Shown: piece by piece, positions 1 to 12,703 of the stretch
Position numbering within the stretch: position 1 is the first letter of the stretch
Layout of the letters: each line of letters starts with the position of its first letter
From: Tubulanus polymorphus
Lineage: Eukaryota; Animalia; Nemertea
Length of the DNA: 64,000 bases
Assembly (NCBI RefSeq): GCF_964204645.1
Contig: NC_134035.1
Span: 6,593,001 to 6,657,000 of the forward strand
Direction: 5' to 3'
The notes under the pieces: generated by a model
What the model saw: the letters and a program-made list of their open reading frames with translations, nothing else
What the model was told of the DNA's origin: nothing
Databases searched by the model: none
Translations under genes and position numbers: made by a program

Positions 1-520
1 TTCAAAAGACCTTTCGCTTGAAAATTCTTTCGTCGGAACAAAATCTATTTCGTTCGAACCAATAATATTCTATACGATTGAACCAATTTGAAAAAATCGT
101 TAGAACAAAGTTGAACAAACTTTTTTTGTCCAAACGAAAGGTTTTTCGTTTGAACAATCGTTCAAGTGAACAGAATCGTTTTAATTTGAACAGAATTTTC
201 TTGTCAGAACATTAAGTTTTTCGTTCGAACAAGTATATTGAAAAAAGTTTTTTCTCCGAACCGAAAGTATTAAGTATTTCGTTCAATAGAACAGAATTGT
301 TTTCATTCAAACATTCGTTCGAAAAAATTGTTTTCGCTCAACCAAATTTTTTTTGCCGGGACTAAAAATTTTTCATTTCAACAATAACATAGCTTTTTAT
401 TCGAACACATTTTTTGTCAGAATGAAGAAAATTTTTGGTTCAAGCAAAAAGCGTATTGTTCGATCAAACAGTATTATTTTCATTCGAACAAGATTTTCTT
501 GTTGGAACATTAAGTTTTTT
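1..520. repeat. Degenerate short-period tandem repeat rich in TTCGTTCGAAC/GAACA motifs
   Basis: Recurrent 'tttcgttcgaacaa'-like words between A/T runs; no credible ORF; runs off the window start. Confidence 0.55.
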
Positions 521-1915
521 GGTCGAACGGCGTGTTAAGGTCGATTTGGAAATTTACTCGGTCTGGTATATGTAGGATTACAGTGTATGTCATTTGTCAG
601 GACATTAAACAGAAGACAACTTAGGATACTACCTTGCGTGACTCCACTAGTTTGACCGACTTATTCCAAGATGAGGTGTTCCGTTGATTTCGGCTACAAG
701 TTTTCGTTCAGAGATAACTGCTGAGCCATTTGGGCGACCTATCATTGATACTGTTTTCTAATAGCCTGTTTAGTAATGGCTGATGTTGTGCCTTATCAAA
801 TGCTTCGTCGAAATCCACCGTGGCACAGGATTCTAAGACTGTGCAGAAAACCCGTTATCGCGGCTTTGCAGCTATATTTATTATTATTATTTTCTTCCAC
901 ACTATTTTTACCAAAAGAACATAGGCTTTGTTACCTTACCGCTGTTTCATATACAATCCATATAATATCGTCCAGCTCACTGAGATCTACAAATAGTCCG
1001 CGTGTTTTTTCACGAATCATCGTTACAAAAACGCTGTCGGGCCGTAAACATCGAAAATTTAGCCCCATTCAATGGGGCGACATGTTTATCGAGTCGTCAT
1101 CCCGAAATCAACCCGCAGGCCGACTGTCACTTCGATTATCAATTCAAGTATAAATGAACTAATTTATTGCCGCAGACTTCACATTCAGTCGCGGTCTTCA
1201 AACAGTGATTTTAACAATAGCCCATTTTCCTCATCAAATCATATTACCGATACACTGGAAATTTACTACTTTAGATTTTAAAAGCACTGTCGAGCCGTAA
1301 ACATCGACGAATCGACGTGTGTTACTACATCGTCGTTCCGGGGATCAGCTGCGAGTTTCTCCTCATCATGAGAATCAAATCGAGTACAAATTAATTTATA
1401 ACTACCAGTGATTTGGCTGCGGGCGTCAAACAGTTAGTTTAGCAATACCTATTTTCCTTTACCAAATTAACCGTGTATTTACTTAGATAAATCATAAGTG
1501 TACCGGGGAGTCGTAGGCCTAAACTAAACAAGAGATATAACGGAGAAAAGCTGTTATGTCGACGAGGTATCAAAATAAAGAAATATATTACTTTATTCGG
1601 CCGCGGGCTTTAACCTCTTTATCAATACCGTCAATACTCTATATTTCCTACAGTACATACCGATCATTGTCAAATCCACAAGGTATTTACTAAATACAAG
1701 TATACAACACACTCCTATCCGTAGGCTGGACTCACACTTGACATTCGGAGTAAGCGTTCGCTGTGGAGGAAAGGAGATCGTTCGCTGTGTCGCTTGAAGT
1801 GTTTATCGAGTTTTACGCGACCTTAAGGCTTAAGTATGGTGGCTGATACGATAAAAAAAACACGAATATGCAAATGAGGGCGACAAAACGAAAATAACGC
1901 GAGAAAACAATGATT
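495..1915. repeat. ~1.3-1.4 kb non-coding module, copy 1
   Basis: Colinear with 4262-5945 from 'ggaacattaagttttttggtcgaac' to 'gtttatcgagttttacgcg'; both copies lead into the 31-bp array. Confidence 0.85.
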
Positions 1916-3470
1916 TTGATTTTGTCGCCCGCGACAATTCAATATTTTGGTTTTGTCGCCCGCGAAAAATTCAATATTTTGGTTTTATCGCCCACGACAA
2001 TTCATTACTTTGGTTTTATCGCCAGCGACAATTCATTATTTTGGTTTGTCGCCCGCGACAATCCTTCTTTTTAGTTTTGTCGCCCGCGACAATGCATTAT
2101 TTTGGTTTTATATTTTGTTTTTGTCGCCTGCGACAATTCACCATTTTGCTTTTGTCGCCCGCGACAATTCATTAGTTTGGTTTTATCGCCCGCGACAATT
2201 CATTTTTTTGGTTTAGTCGCCCCGAAATTCTTTTTTTGGTTTTGTCGGCCGCGACAATTCATTAGTTTGGTTTTGTCGCCCGCGACAGTTCAATATTTTG
2301 GTTTTGTCGCCCGCGACAATTCAATATTTTGGTTTTATCGCCCGCGACATTTCGTTACCTTGGTTTTATCTCCAGCGACAATTCGTTATTTTGGTTTTGT
2401 CGCCCGCGACAATTCTTCTTTTTGGTTTTGTCGCCCGAGACAATTCATTATTTTTTTTTAATATCTTGTTTTTGTCGTCCGCGACAATTTTTTTTTTGGT
2501 TTTGTTGCCCGCAACAATTCAATATTTTGGTTTTGTCGCCCGCGATAATTCATTATTTTGGTTTTGTCGCCCGAGACAATTCATCATTTTGGTTTTATCG
2601 CCCGCGACAATTCAATATTTTGGTTTTGTCGCCCGCGAAAAATTCAATATTTTGGTTTTGTCGCCTCGACAATTCATTACTTTGGTTTTATCGCCAGCGA
2701 CAATTCATTGTTTTGGTTTTGTCGCCCGCGACAATTCATCATTTTGGTTTTATATTTTGTTTCTGTCGCCCGCGACAATTTTTTTTTTGGTTTTGTCGCC
2801 TGTGACAATTCAATATTTTGGTTTTATCGCCTGCGACAATTCAATATTTTGGTTTTATCGCCCGCGATAATTCATTATTTTGGTTTTGTCGCCCGCGACA
2901 ATTCATTATTTTGGTTTAGTCGCACGAGACAATTCATTATTTTGGTTTTATCGCCCGCAACAATTCATTATTTTGGTTTTGTCGCCCGCGACAATTCATT
3001 ATTTTGGTTTTGTCGCACGTGACAATTCAATATTTTGTTTTTGTCGCCCAAACAATTCATTATTTTGGTTTTATCGCCCACGACAATTCATTACTTTGGT
3101 TTAATCGCCAGCGACAATTCATTATTTTGGTTTTATATTTTGTTTTTGTCGCCCGCGACAATTTTTTTTTGGTTTTTTCGCCCGTGACAATTCAATATTT
3201 TGCTTTTATCGCTTGCGACAATTCAATATTTTGCTTTTATCGCCCGCGATAATTCATTATTTTGGTTTTGTCGCCCGCGACAATTCATTATTTTGGTTTA
3301 GTCGCACGAGACAATTCATTATTTTGGTTTTATCGCCCGCAACAATTCATTATTTTGGTTTTGTCGCCCGCGACAATTCAATATTTTGGTTTTGTCGCTC
3401 GCGACAATTCATTATTTTGGTTTTATCGCCCGCGACAATTCATTAGTTTGGTTTTGTCGCCCGCGACAAT
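1910..3470. repeat. 31-bp minisatellite array (TTTTGGTTTTGTCGCCCGCGACAATTCATTA) with internal palindrome TTGTCGC-CC-GCGACAA
   Basis: Tandem units directly visible; explains the repetitive 'VLSPATIHYFGFVARDN' ORFs. Confidence 0.95.
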
Positions 3471-3472
3471 TC

Positions 3473-3961
3473 TTTTTCAGTCCACTTGGGACTTTAGTCC
3501 CAGCGGGCTATTACGTTCATTTTTCGTCCGTGAGTTTTTAAGGACATTAGATATTCCATATAGTCACCAGGGAGCGTTGAATAGTAGAAAAGCTTAGTTT
3601 TTCCTTATTAGATTGGTACCTAGGCATAGTTTGTTACCATGATCCATTGCAAAGTTGTAGTTCATGACATCGTCTATGATTGTGGTGAGTTTTTAAGGAC
3701 ATTAGTTATTCCATATAGTCACCAGGGGGCGTTGAATAGTAGAATAATTTAGTATTTCCATATTAAATTGGTAACGAGGCATATTTTGTTATCACAATCA
3801 ATTACAAAATCATAGCTGCTCACATGTTCTATGATTGTGGTGGGTTTCAAGGTCATTGGTTTTTGTATATGGTCACTAGCGGGCGTTATGTATTGAAATT
3901 GTTAGATTGTTGAGCATTTGAATCCACTTCCCAAGTGAGCATGGTGTCCCTGGACCCCTAG
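3473..3961 (+). mobile_element. Non-autonomous Helentron/Helitron-like element (HINE type) inserted in the 31-bp array
   Basis: Subterminal inverted repeats CACTTGGGA (3483-3491) / TCCCAAGTG (3929-3937), 3' stem-loop GGTGTCC-CT-GGACCCC then CTAG, T-run target without TSD, ~155-bp internal tandem repeats (3530, 3685, degenerate 3840). Confidence 0.7.
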
Positions 3962-4262
3962 TTTGGTTTTGTCGCCCGCGACAATTCATTATTTTGGTTT
4001 TGTCGCACGCAACAATTCAATATTTTGTTTTTGTCGTCCGGAACCATACATTATTTTGGTTTTATCACCCGCGACAATTCAATATTTTGGTTTTAACGCC
4101 CGCGACAATTCATTATTGTGGTTTTATCGCCCGCGACAATTCACTATTTTGGTTTTATCGCCCGCGGAAACCATTATTTTTGTTTTGTCGCCCGTGACAA
4201 TTCAATATTTTGGTTTTGTCACCAGCGACAATTCATAATTTTGGTTTAGTTGCCCGTGGTTT
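3962..4262. repeat. 31-bp minisatellite array (continuation)
   Basis: Same unit resumes after the insertion. Confidence 0.9.
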
Positions 4263-5945
4263 TGTCGGAACATTAAGTTTTTTGGTCGAACAGTGTGTTA
4301 AGGTATTTTTGGAAATTTACTCGGTCTGGTATATTTTGGATTACTGTGTATGTCATTTGTCAGGACATTAAATAGAAGACGACTTAGGATACTACCTTGC
4401 GTGACTCCACTAGTTAGACCGTCTCATTCCAAGATGAGGCGTTCTGTTGACTTCGGTTACAAGTTTCCGTTCAGAGATAACTGCTGAGCCATTTGAGCGA
4501 CCTATCATTGATACTGATACCTAATAGCCTGTTTAGTAATGGCTGATGTTGAGCCTAATCAAATGCTTTGTTGAAATCCACCGTTGAACGGGATTCTAAG
4601 ACTGTGCAGAAAACCCGTTATCGCTGCTTTGCAGCTATATTTATAATTATTTTCTTCCACACTATTTTTACTAAAAGAACAAAGGCTTTGTTACCTTGCC
4701 GCTGTTGTCGATACAATCCGTCTGATATCATTCAGCTCACTTCGATCTACAAATACCCCGTGCGTATTTTGAAGAATCATCGGTACAAAAGCACTGTCGG
4801 GCCGTAAACATCGAAAATTGAGCCCCATTCAAAGAGCCGACATGTTTTTCTAAGTCCTCTTTCCGAAATCTACCGCACGTTTCTTGTCACATCAATTATC
4901 AATTCAAGCATAAATTAACAAATTTATTACCCAAAGATTGCACATTCTGTCGCGGTTTTTAAAAACTAATTTTAACAATAGCCCATTTTCCTCATCAAAT
5001 CATATTACCGATATACAGGAAATTTACTTCTTTAGATTTTGAAAGCACTTTCGAGCCGTAAACATCGACGAATCGACGTGTGTCACTACATCGTCGTTCC
5101 GGGGATCAGCTGCGAGTTTCACCTCATCATGAGAATCAAATCGAGTACAAATTAATTTATTACTACCAGTGATTTGGCTGCGGGCGTCATGCAATTAGTT
5201 TAGCAATACCTATTTTTCTTTATCAAATTAACCGTGTATTTACTAAGATAATCATTAGTGTACCGGGGACACGCCGAAGAGATATAGCGGAGAAAAGCTG
5301 TTATGTCGACGAGGTATCAAAATAAAAGAATATATTACTTTATTCGGCCGCGGGCTTCAACCTCTATATCAATACCATCAATACTCTATATTTCCTACAG
5401 TACATACCGATCATTGTCAAATGCACAAGGTATTTACTAAATACAAGTATATAACACATAATCCTTTCCGTATGCTGGACTCACACTTTACATTCGGAGT
5501 AAGCGTTCGCTGTGGGGTAAAGGGATCGTTCGCTGTGTCGCTTGAAGTGTTTATCGAGTTTGACGCGGCTTTAGGCCTACCGTACTGAGCTTTACTGTCT
5601 CAAACAAACACAGTATAATTGTTGCGTTTATTAACGGACTCATTGGATTGAACTTCAAAACAAAATTTACGATATTTAGGTGGGTTGTTATTCAATAGGC
5701 CTACGACCAATCTGTCCGGATGTTAGGCCTACGCATGTACATAGGCTAGTAGCCTCTACTAGGTTAAGCGTTCGCTGTGGGGGAAAGGAGATCGTTCGCT
5801 GTGTCGCTTGAAGTGTTTATCGAGTTTTACGCGACCTTAAGGCTTTAGTATGGTGGCTGATAAGGGCCATGCGTAAAAAGAACACGTATATGCAAATGAG
5901 GGCGACATTATGACAACACGACAAAACTAAAATAACGCGACAAAA
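4262..5945. repeat. Non-coding module, copy 2, with ~190 bp extra sequence and a duplicated 3' end
   Basis: Homologous to 495-1915; 'taagcgttcgctgtgg...gtttatcgagttt' occurs twice (~5500 and ~5765). Confidence 0.8.
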
Positions 5946-6840
5946 CAATAATTTTGGTTTTGTCGCCCGCGACAATTCATTATTTTCGTTTTATCGCCCG
6001 CGCCAATTCATTATTTTCGTTTTATCGCCCGCGACAATTCATTATTTTCGTTTTATCGCCCGCGACAATTCAATATTTTGGTTTTGTCGCCTAAGACAAT
6101 TCAATATTTTGGTTTTATCGCCCGCGACAATTCATTATTTTGGTTTTGTCGCACGCGACAATTCATTATTTTGGTTTTATTGCCCGCAACAATTTTATTT
6201 TTTTGTCGCGGTTTTATCGCCTGCGACCATACAATATTTTGGTTTTATCGCCAGCGACAATTCATTAGTTTGGTTTTGTCGCCTGCAAAAATTCAAGATT
6301 TTGGTTTTATCGCCCGCGACAATTCATTTTTTTGGTTTTGTCACCCGCGACAATTCAATATTTTGGTTTTATCGCCAGCGACAATTGATTATTTTGGTTT
6401 TATCGCCCGCGACAATTCATTATTTTGGTTTTATCGCCTGCGACAATTCATTAATTTGGTTTTGTCACCCGCGACAAATCAATATTTTGGTTTTTTCGCC
6501 CACGACAATTCAATATTTTGGTTTTATCGCCCGCGAAATTCATTATTTTGGTTTTATCGCCCGCGACAATTCATTATTTTGGTTTTATCGCCAGCGACAA
6601 TTCATTATTTTGGTTTTATCGCCCGCGACAATTCATTATTTTGGTTTTATCGCCCGCGACAATTCATTAGTTTGGTTTTGTTGCCCGCGACAATTCAATA
6701 TTTTGGTTTTGTCGCCCGCGACAATTCAATATTTTGGTTTTATCGCCAGCGACAATTGATTATTTTGGTTTTATCGCCCGCGACAATTGATTATTTTGGT
6801 TTTATCGCCCGCGACAATTAATTTTTTTGATTTTGTCGCC
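5945..6840. repeat. 31-bp minisatellite array
   Basis: Same unit as 1910-3470. Confidence 0.95.
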
Positions 6841-8415
6841 CACTTTATTAGCTTTTGAATAATAAGGCCAATTAATAACGTATTTAAGACTTATGCTTTC
6901 GCCTATTTTGAAGTCGATTAATCTGATATACTACGGAAGCGATAAAGGGACTCGAGTTGTCGCGTTCAAACTCGACAAGTCGCCATATTTATGTCGATAT
7001 AATATCGCGATATATCGCGTCAAGTCCACATGAATATGTCTATATATCGTGACGTTTTCACGACAAATTTCGCTTTTTTGCCCATTTTCCACGGGACAAG
7101 CCGTCATTTGAAGACATGTCTAAATGTAAGATGAGGACGCCAGTAATATGACGACTGAGTTTCAAGTCGTCATGAATATGTCGACTTGTCGCGAGGAAAA
7201 TTGTGCACGCCCTTCTCCTCCGGCGATCGTGAGGGGTAATCAGGGGTCGAACACGTAATATTAATTATTCGATTCGACAATCCGACGATTCGCTGGTACC
7301 TCGTCGCAGCGGCTTTGTTGGGGGTGTACAGCCTTGGCTCCAACCACCAGTAGAAAAGAAGTTACTCCACGGCCTCTCCAACAACCTGCGACAAACAATA
7401 TTTCATGATAACCAAATTCCAAATATTTATTCATCAACAGTTAGGTACGTTACCGCCATTCGCGGAATCAATACGATGTATGACCACACAAACCCACAAC
7501 CAGAACATAACCGAGAGGGCGCCACAGGCTGGAGTGTCGTTCAGAAAACAAAAGATTACTCAACCAATGTCATTTTTGAATGTCTGTCACATACTCCCCC
7601 GAGCCGTAAAATATCGTCCTCGATATCTCAAAGTGTATCTGAACAAATCGTACACGAACTGGGACAGCATAAGAAGAAGAATAAAATGTCAAGGCCAACA
7701 ACAACTGATTTCAGCAGTCAACCACATGATACAATAAACGATACAACAACACGTTCCCTCCCCCTTTTTTGATAGTTTTTTTTTAATTTTTTTCTTATAT
7801 CATATTGCATATACTAAATGAGTTTACATGTTACACTCTACTATATACCAGTCCGGATCATGTTGGCAAGCGCATCCAACAGTTTAGGATTCTCTAAAAC
7901 CTCCGGACTTTCACATATTCCAGGAAAAATTCAATCCTCCTACGATCCGTTTGCATGTTGAACATTAGAAATTCACCTGAACGCTGCCAAGCCGGGGTTG
8001 TCTCGTCCGCGGTCGGGGCACAGGACGTTCCTCCGAACTAGGACTTGGCTCGTCAACATCCGGTGAAGTTGAAACAGAGGGTGAACTAGCCGGCACGCTA
8101 TCCACCGACAAAGGGCTCAACGGAGGAGTCTCCACGTCAACCAGAACTGGATGCTCCACAGAATCGCTTGTTTCCTCAGCTCCCGGTGAATTCGGAACGG
8201 AGGCCATTTCCGATCGCACAATCTCCTCAGAAATTGGAGCTGGAGAAACACTCTCAATGGAACTTCGAGATAACACGGTGTCCGCACCGGCAATCCCAGG
8301 CTCAACGATGGGAGGTTCCTCCGCAGTTTCCACCTCGCGTGAGACAAGTACCCAGTCTTCCTCGTCGGACCCATCGTCCGCTACTTCGGCAACTATTTCC
8401 TCCGGCATATTAGTA

Positions 8416-8625
8416 TTACCGACAGCGACTTTTTTCGGAGTAACAGGTTCCGGGTTTGCTTCCTTTACTCGGAATGATGTCACGCAAAGGAGTAGCCAAA
8501 GGTAATAACTTGTTCCTATGCAGAATCCTCCTCCCCCCACCTTCAATTCTTTTTAGCTCGTAAACAGGTACATCTCCAGTTACCTTGTTTTCTACGATAT
8601 AAGGCACCGATTCCCAGCGGTCAGC
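8416..8625 (-). pseudogene. Gypsy integrase C-terminal (GPY/F-like) fragment
   Basis: 'ADRWESVPYIV...PVYELK...RILHRNKLLP' is typical of the Gypsy pol C-terminus; followed by a low-complexity S/P/E tail (7965-8546). Confidence 0.75.
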
Positions 8626-9330
8626 TTATATATGTCGTTCCCTGAATGCTGTTATCTCCCGTTTCAGTTCATTAACGGTTTCCACCAATGATTCAACGGT
8701 CTTTACGAGTTGGCCCGAGCCTTCAGCGTACATCTGGTGCTTCCTAGGCACCAGATTCCTTCCAAGGTTAGATGCCTCTTTCCCAACGCTTGCTATCTCC
8801 CGACCTCCAGGTTGGAACCCAAACTCTTGCTCCAATTTCCTCGCCTCAACCACCATTTCCTGGTATGAATGAGATAACAACAGCGGACGCAGCCCATGAT
8901 TAAGCTGCCTGTTAAAAAATCCCTGCCAAAACTGCGTCTTCAGTTCCGCCTCATCAATCTGTCCAGGGGCGTGACCCCGTATCTCCTCCAACCGACACGC
9001 CCAGAGATTCACACTCTCATCCCTACCTTGCTCTGCTGTATAAAATTTTCCGTATACTTGCCTAGCAGTTAAAATCTCCCCAAACAGGGTATCCAGTCGA
9101 TTGATCACCATGTTCAACGACAAGTCTGACCCGTACTCACCCTCAAGGTTCAACAAACAATCACGTGCTGTACCCTTCAGTGACCTACGAATGAAATTCA
9201 CCACTTGAGAATCCGAGTACACACCATCTGCCTGCAAACCCTGCACCTCACTCTTCCACTGCCGATACGAGACATCAGTTTAATTCTCCTCACCGGAAAA
9301 CGTACTGAGACGTGATGGAGTGTTTATCAC
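8626..9330 (-). pseudogene. Ty3/Gypsy Gag capsid domain (PNMA-like)
   Basis: 'RLSTFSGE..*..SYRQWKSEV...IRRSLKGTAR...L..LFG...FY.AEQ..DESV..WACRLE...QFWQG' matches the PNMA/Gypsy Gag pattern; in-frame stop upstream of the called ORF. Confidence 0.8.
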
Positions 9331-9599
9331 GACATTTTGTCTTCCTTTAGACGACTCAGCAAACTCCTTCGGCCTCGGATCCTCGAACGGCACAAAACTG
9401 GGCGGAGTCACCGGTTCAATCCCCAATCGCTTCCGTGAAGTAGCACCATCCCCGTAAGAAAATCTGTTTACAACGGATCCACGTAAAGTAGGGTTTAACC
9501 CTCCTCTACAGGCGCTTCAGCGATTTGTTGTTCGACATCCGATAACTGGTCCAACGGCACAACCACTATCTGCACCACATTACCCTGAAATTCGATTTA

Positions 9600-10310
9600 T
9601 CAGCACATTTTCCCCGTATCGGAAAAATGACAGTGTCGATCCGTATAAGCGCTCAAATCGTCAGGAAAAGCACATTTCGACCCGAAAACGTCGTTCTCCG
9701 CGAGAAAAGACGTTTTCTCATCCGATTTTCCCCGTATCCGAAAAATGGCAATGTCGATTTTTCGTCGCGAAAACGTCGTTCAGCGCGAGAAAAGACGTTT
9801 TTGTATCAAATATTCCCCCTATCGGAAAAACGAAAATGTCGATGCGTAAAAGCGCTCAAATCGTCAGGAAAAGCACTTTTCGACCCGAAAACGTCGTTCA
9901 GCGCGAGAAAAGACGTTTTCGTATCAAATATTCCCCCAATCGGAAAAATGACAAAGTCGATGCGTAAAAGTGCTCATATCGTCAGGAAAAGCACTTTTCG
10001 ACCCGAAAACGTCGTTCAGCGCGAGAAAAGACGTTTTTGTATCAAATATTCCCTCTATCGGAAAAATGAAAATGTCGATGCGTAAAAGCACTCAAATCGT
10101 CAGGAAAAGCACTTTTCGACCCGAAAGTCGTTCTCCGCGAGAAAAGATGTTTTCTCGTCAAATTTTCCCCCTATCGGAAAAATGACAAAGTCGATCCGTA
10201 AAAGCGCTCCAATCGTCAGGAAAAGCACTTTTCGACCCGAAAACGTCGTTCAGCGCGAGAAAAGACGTTTTCGTATCAAATATTCCCCCTATCGGAAAAA
10301 TGACAAAGTC
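9600..10310. repeat. 118-bp satellite, diverged edge monomers (~6 units)
   Basis: Same monomer as 44708-64000 with more substitutions and a short deletion. Confidence 0.95.
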
Positions 10311-10678
10311 AGTAATAGGGGTAATGGGCTTTCAAGCCAAAGGTCGAAGGGTCGAGCTCGTAAAAAAATGAAAATAACAATATTTTACAGTTGAATTAGT
10401 CGCGCACACTCCTAATTCAACTGTAAATTATTGTTATTTTCATTTTTTACTCACTCGCCCCTTCAACCTTTAGCCTGAAAGCCCATTACCCCTATTACTC
10501 TTAAAATATTCATTTACATGAATAACATTTAAATTGATAGATTATTCAATATAAAAGTGTGAGCTCTTATAGAATAGATATATAGATATATTTACAACAT
10601 TATTTCAATATTCATATTTGTGTGAGTTAGATTTTTAAACATTAAAAGTGTTAGTAAAGTGTGATTGAAATAATGCAT
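10311..10678 (+). repeat. Left TIR of element 1, containing a 189-bp terminal palindrome (10311-10499)
   Basis: Reverse complement of 27438-27804. Confidence 0.95.
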
Positions 10679-11339
10679 AGCTGTTTATACTAGAACATGA
10701 TTCTATTTGAGCCTATATACATTTCATGTAATGAACTATTGAATAAATCTATAAATTCACAGCTGTTACAGCTGTTACTATGACGCCGAGACATATGAGT
10801 CATAATATTGCAAACGTGTAGAGAACATTCTAGAAAGGTGTGCCGGAACCAGATGACGTGGCAGGAAATGAACAGACTGTAACATTACGCTTAGGATATT
10901 CTATCTCTCGAAACGAAATTAGGAGTTTATAGTTTACAATTCTAAATCTAAATGTATAGTACTGTTTTTTGTAGTTATTAGGGCTATTAAATATGAAACC
11001 TTTAGATATATTCTTTTAGATGGCTAGAGTTGCCGCTAATATCTTTTAGATTAATAAAACGCCCGCCATACGCATCAAGAAGTGATAGAGAAACTCAAGA
11101 TACTCTTTCTGACTGAGGAATCAACAGCAATGGATATCGAACCAATAGAAATTAGCACAAGAAACACAAGAATCGCCAAAAGATCGACGAAGAAACTATA
11201 TAAGAATTTCAAAAACATTAAGACTCCAATGATTAAGTTTAACATTTGTTGATGTAGTTAAATATTTACCAGCAATTGAAAAAATGTTTGATTTCTATAA
11301 ATTGTATTTATAGAAATCAAATGATGTATTGGAAGAAAC

Positions 11340-11700
11340 GGCCGAACAACTTGTATAATGTATTGTGTAAATCTGTTTGGTGAATTTTTATGTTCAGTCG
11401 TTTCTATTATGATTAGCGCATGCGCATTGATCCAAACCGGGCCTGAATGCCCGGTCTTGCCTAATGCGAACACGTTTTGATATCTTATGTGTTCAGTTGT
11501 TTCTATTTACAGAATGAATATATAATTATGATTAAAACATGTGCATTAAGCAAAACCGGACATCAATGGCCGCATGTGACGCATGTAACGCATGTGTTGT
11601 TTCTATTTTACAGAATTTATAGAATGAATATATAATTATGATTAGCGCATGCGCATTGATCCAAACCGGGCCTGAATGCGCGGTTTTGCCCAGTGGTATT
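11340..11700. repeat. ~115-bp imperfect tandem repeats (about 3 copies) with GCGCATGCGCA palindromes
   Basis: 'attagcgcatgcgcattgatccaaaccgggcctgaatgc' at ~11412 and ~11641, degenerate copy at ~11531. Confidence 0.75.
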
Positions 11701-11827
11701 ATTTAGATATCAAGGAATCGAAACAACTTATCAAAAGCAGCGAAATGAAAAAAGGATGACGTTGGTCGAAGAAATGGAAGAGGATTCTAAAATATTAACC
11801 AATTTAGTGAAAAAATACGTATAATAA

Positions 11828-12496
11828 ATGGAACCAGAACAACCACAAACTATCAATATTACAAATAACACTGGTGTTATAAATATATATTACAAGAAGT
11901 GTTCTAAATGTGAATTAGATAAATTAGCTTTAACAGAATTTAGTAAGCGTAAGATTAGCAAAGATGGTTTTCAATATTGCTGTAAAACTTGTTTTAAACT
12001 ATATACCAAACAATACCGAGAAGATAATATAGAACATTATAATTATTATATGGCAGAATATATGAGAGAAAGATATCAAACAGATCTTAATTTTAGATTG
12101 AAACAATGCTTAAGATCTAGATTAACACAATTATTCAACAAAGAAACACATTCAGAAACACTATCTAATTTATTGGGTTGTTCAGATAAATTTCTTAAAT
12201 CATGGATTGTATATCAATTCGACGATAAAATGAATATAGATAATTATGGTGAATACTTTCATATTGATCATACGTTACCGATTTCTAAATTTAACATGAA
12301 TGATGAATACAATAAAAAACTTATTTGGAATTGGAAGAATTTAAGACCTTTAGAAAAGAAGGAAAACATAATTAAATCTAATAAACTAGATTTACAGTTA
12401 TATTTAGAACAGTTAACAAAGGCAAAGAAATTTATTGATCAATGGAACAATGATCCAAATAATGAACAATACGTTGAGTCTTTAATGAGTGGTTAA
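11828..12496 (+). CDS. Putative HNH endonuclease with N-terminal Cys4 zinc module (type common in large DNA viruses)
   Basis: KKCSKC...CKTC, then 'LRSRL..LGCS..HIDHTLP..WKNLRPL..EN..KS' beta-beta-alpha-metal pattern; intact ORF starting in TAAATG. Confidence 0.75.
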   Translation: MEPEQPQTINITNNTGVINIYYKKCSKCELDKLALTEFSKRKISKDGFQYCCKTCFKLYTKQYREDNIEHYNYYMAEYMRERYQTDLNFRLKQCLRSRLTQLFNKETHSETLSNLLGCSDKFLKSWIVYQFDDKMNIDNYGEYFHIDHTLPISKFNMNDEYNKKLIWNWKNLRPLEKKENIIKSNKLDLQLYLEQLTKAKKFIDQWNNDPNNEQYVESLMSG

Positions 12497-12703
12497 AGAT
12501 TAATATATCTCAAATAAAAATATTAACAATTACATAACTTCAACTAACCAGTGAATTCTATTATATTTTTAATATTTTCTTTTCAAAAAGAGAATACTTT
12601 ATATTTTGAATAGATCCGAATAGAAATTCTTTAGCTTTAACTAGCTAGTATCATTTGAAGAATACTTATAATATTTTTTTTCGCTTTTTTTTCTCTAATA
12701 TAA

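Larger units (their letters stand above)
7320..9560 (-). mobile_element. Internally deleted, 5'-truncated Ty3/Gypsy LTR retrotransposon remnant
   Basis: Gag ORF joined directly to an integrase C-terminal tail; polypurine tract AAAAAAGGGGGAGGGAA on minus (~7754-7770) then a putative 3' LTR (~7320-7752, AATAAA on minus near 7426); outer boundaries approximate. Confidence 0.7.

Noticed and set aside
1910-6840. 31-bp palindromic repeats as a CRISPR array or repeat protein
   Set aside because: Units are head-to-tail without unique spacers, no cas genes, eukaryotic context; ORFs arise in all frames
6900-7200. Short degenerate repeats (caagtcg..catgaatatgtc)
   Set aside because: Too degenerate to define a unit or element boundaries by eye
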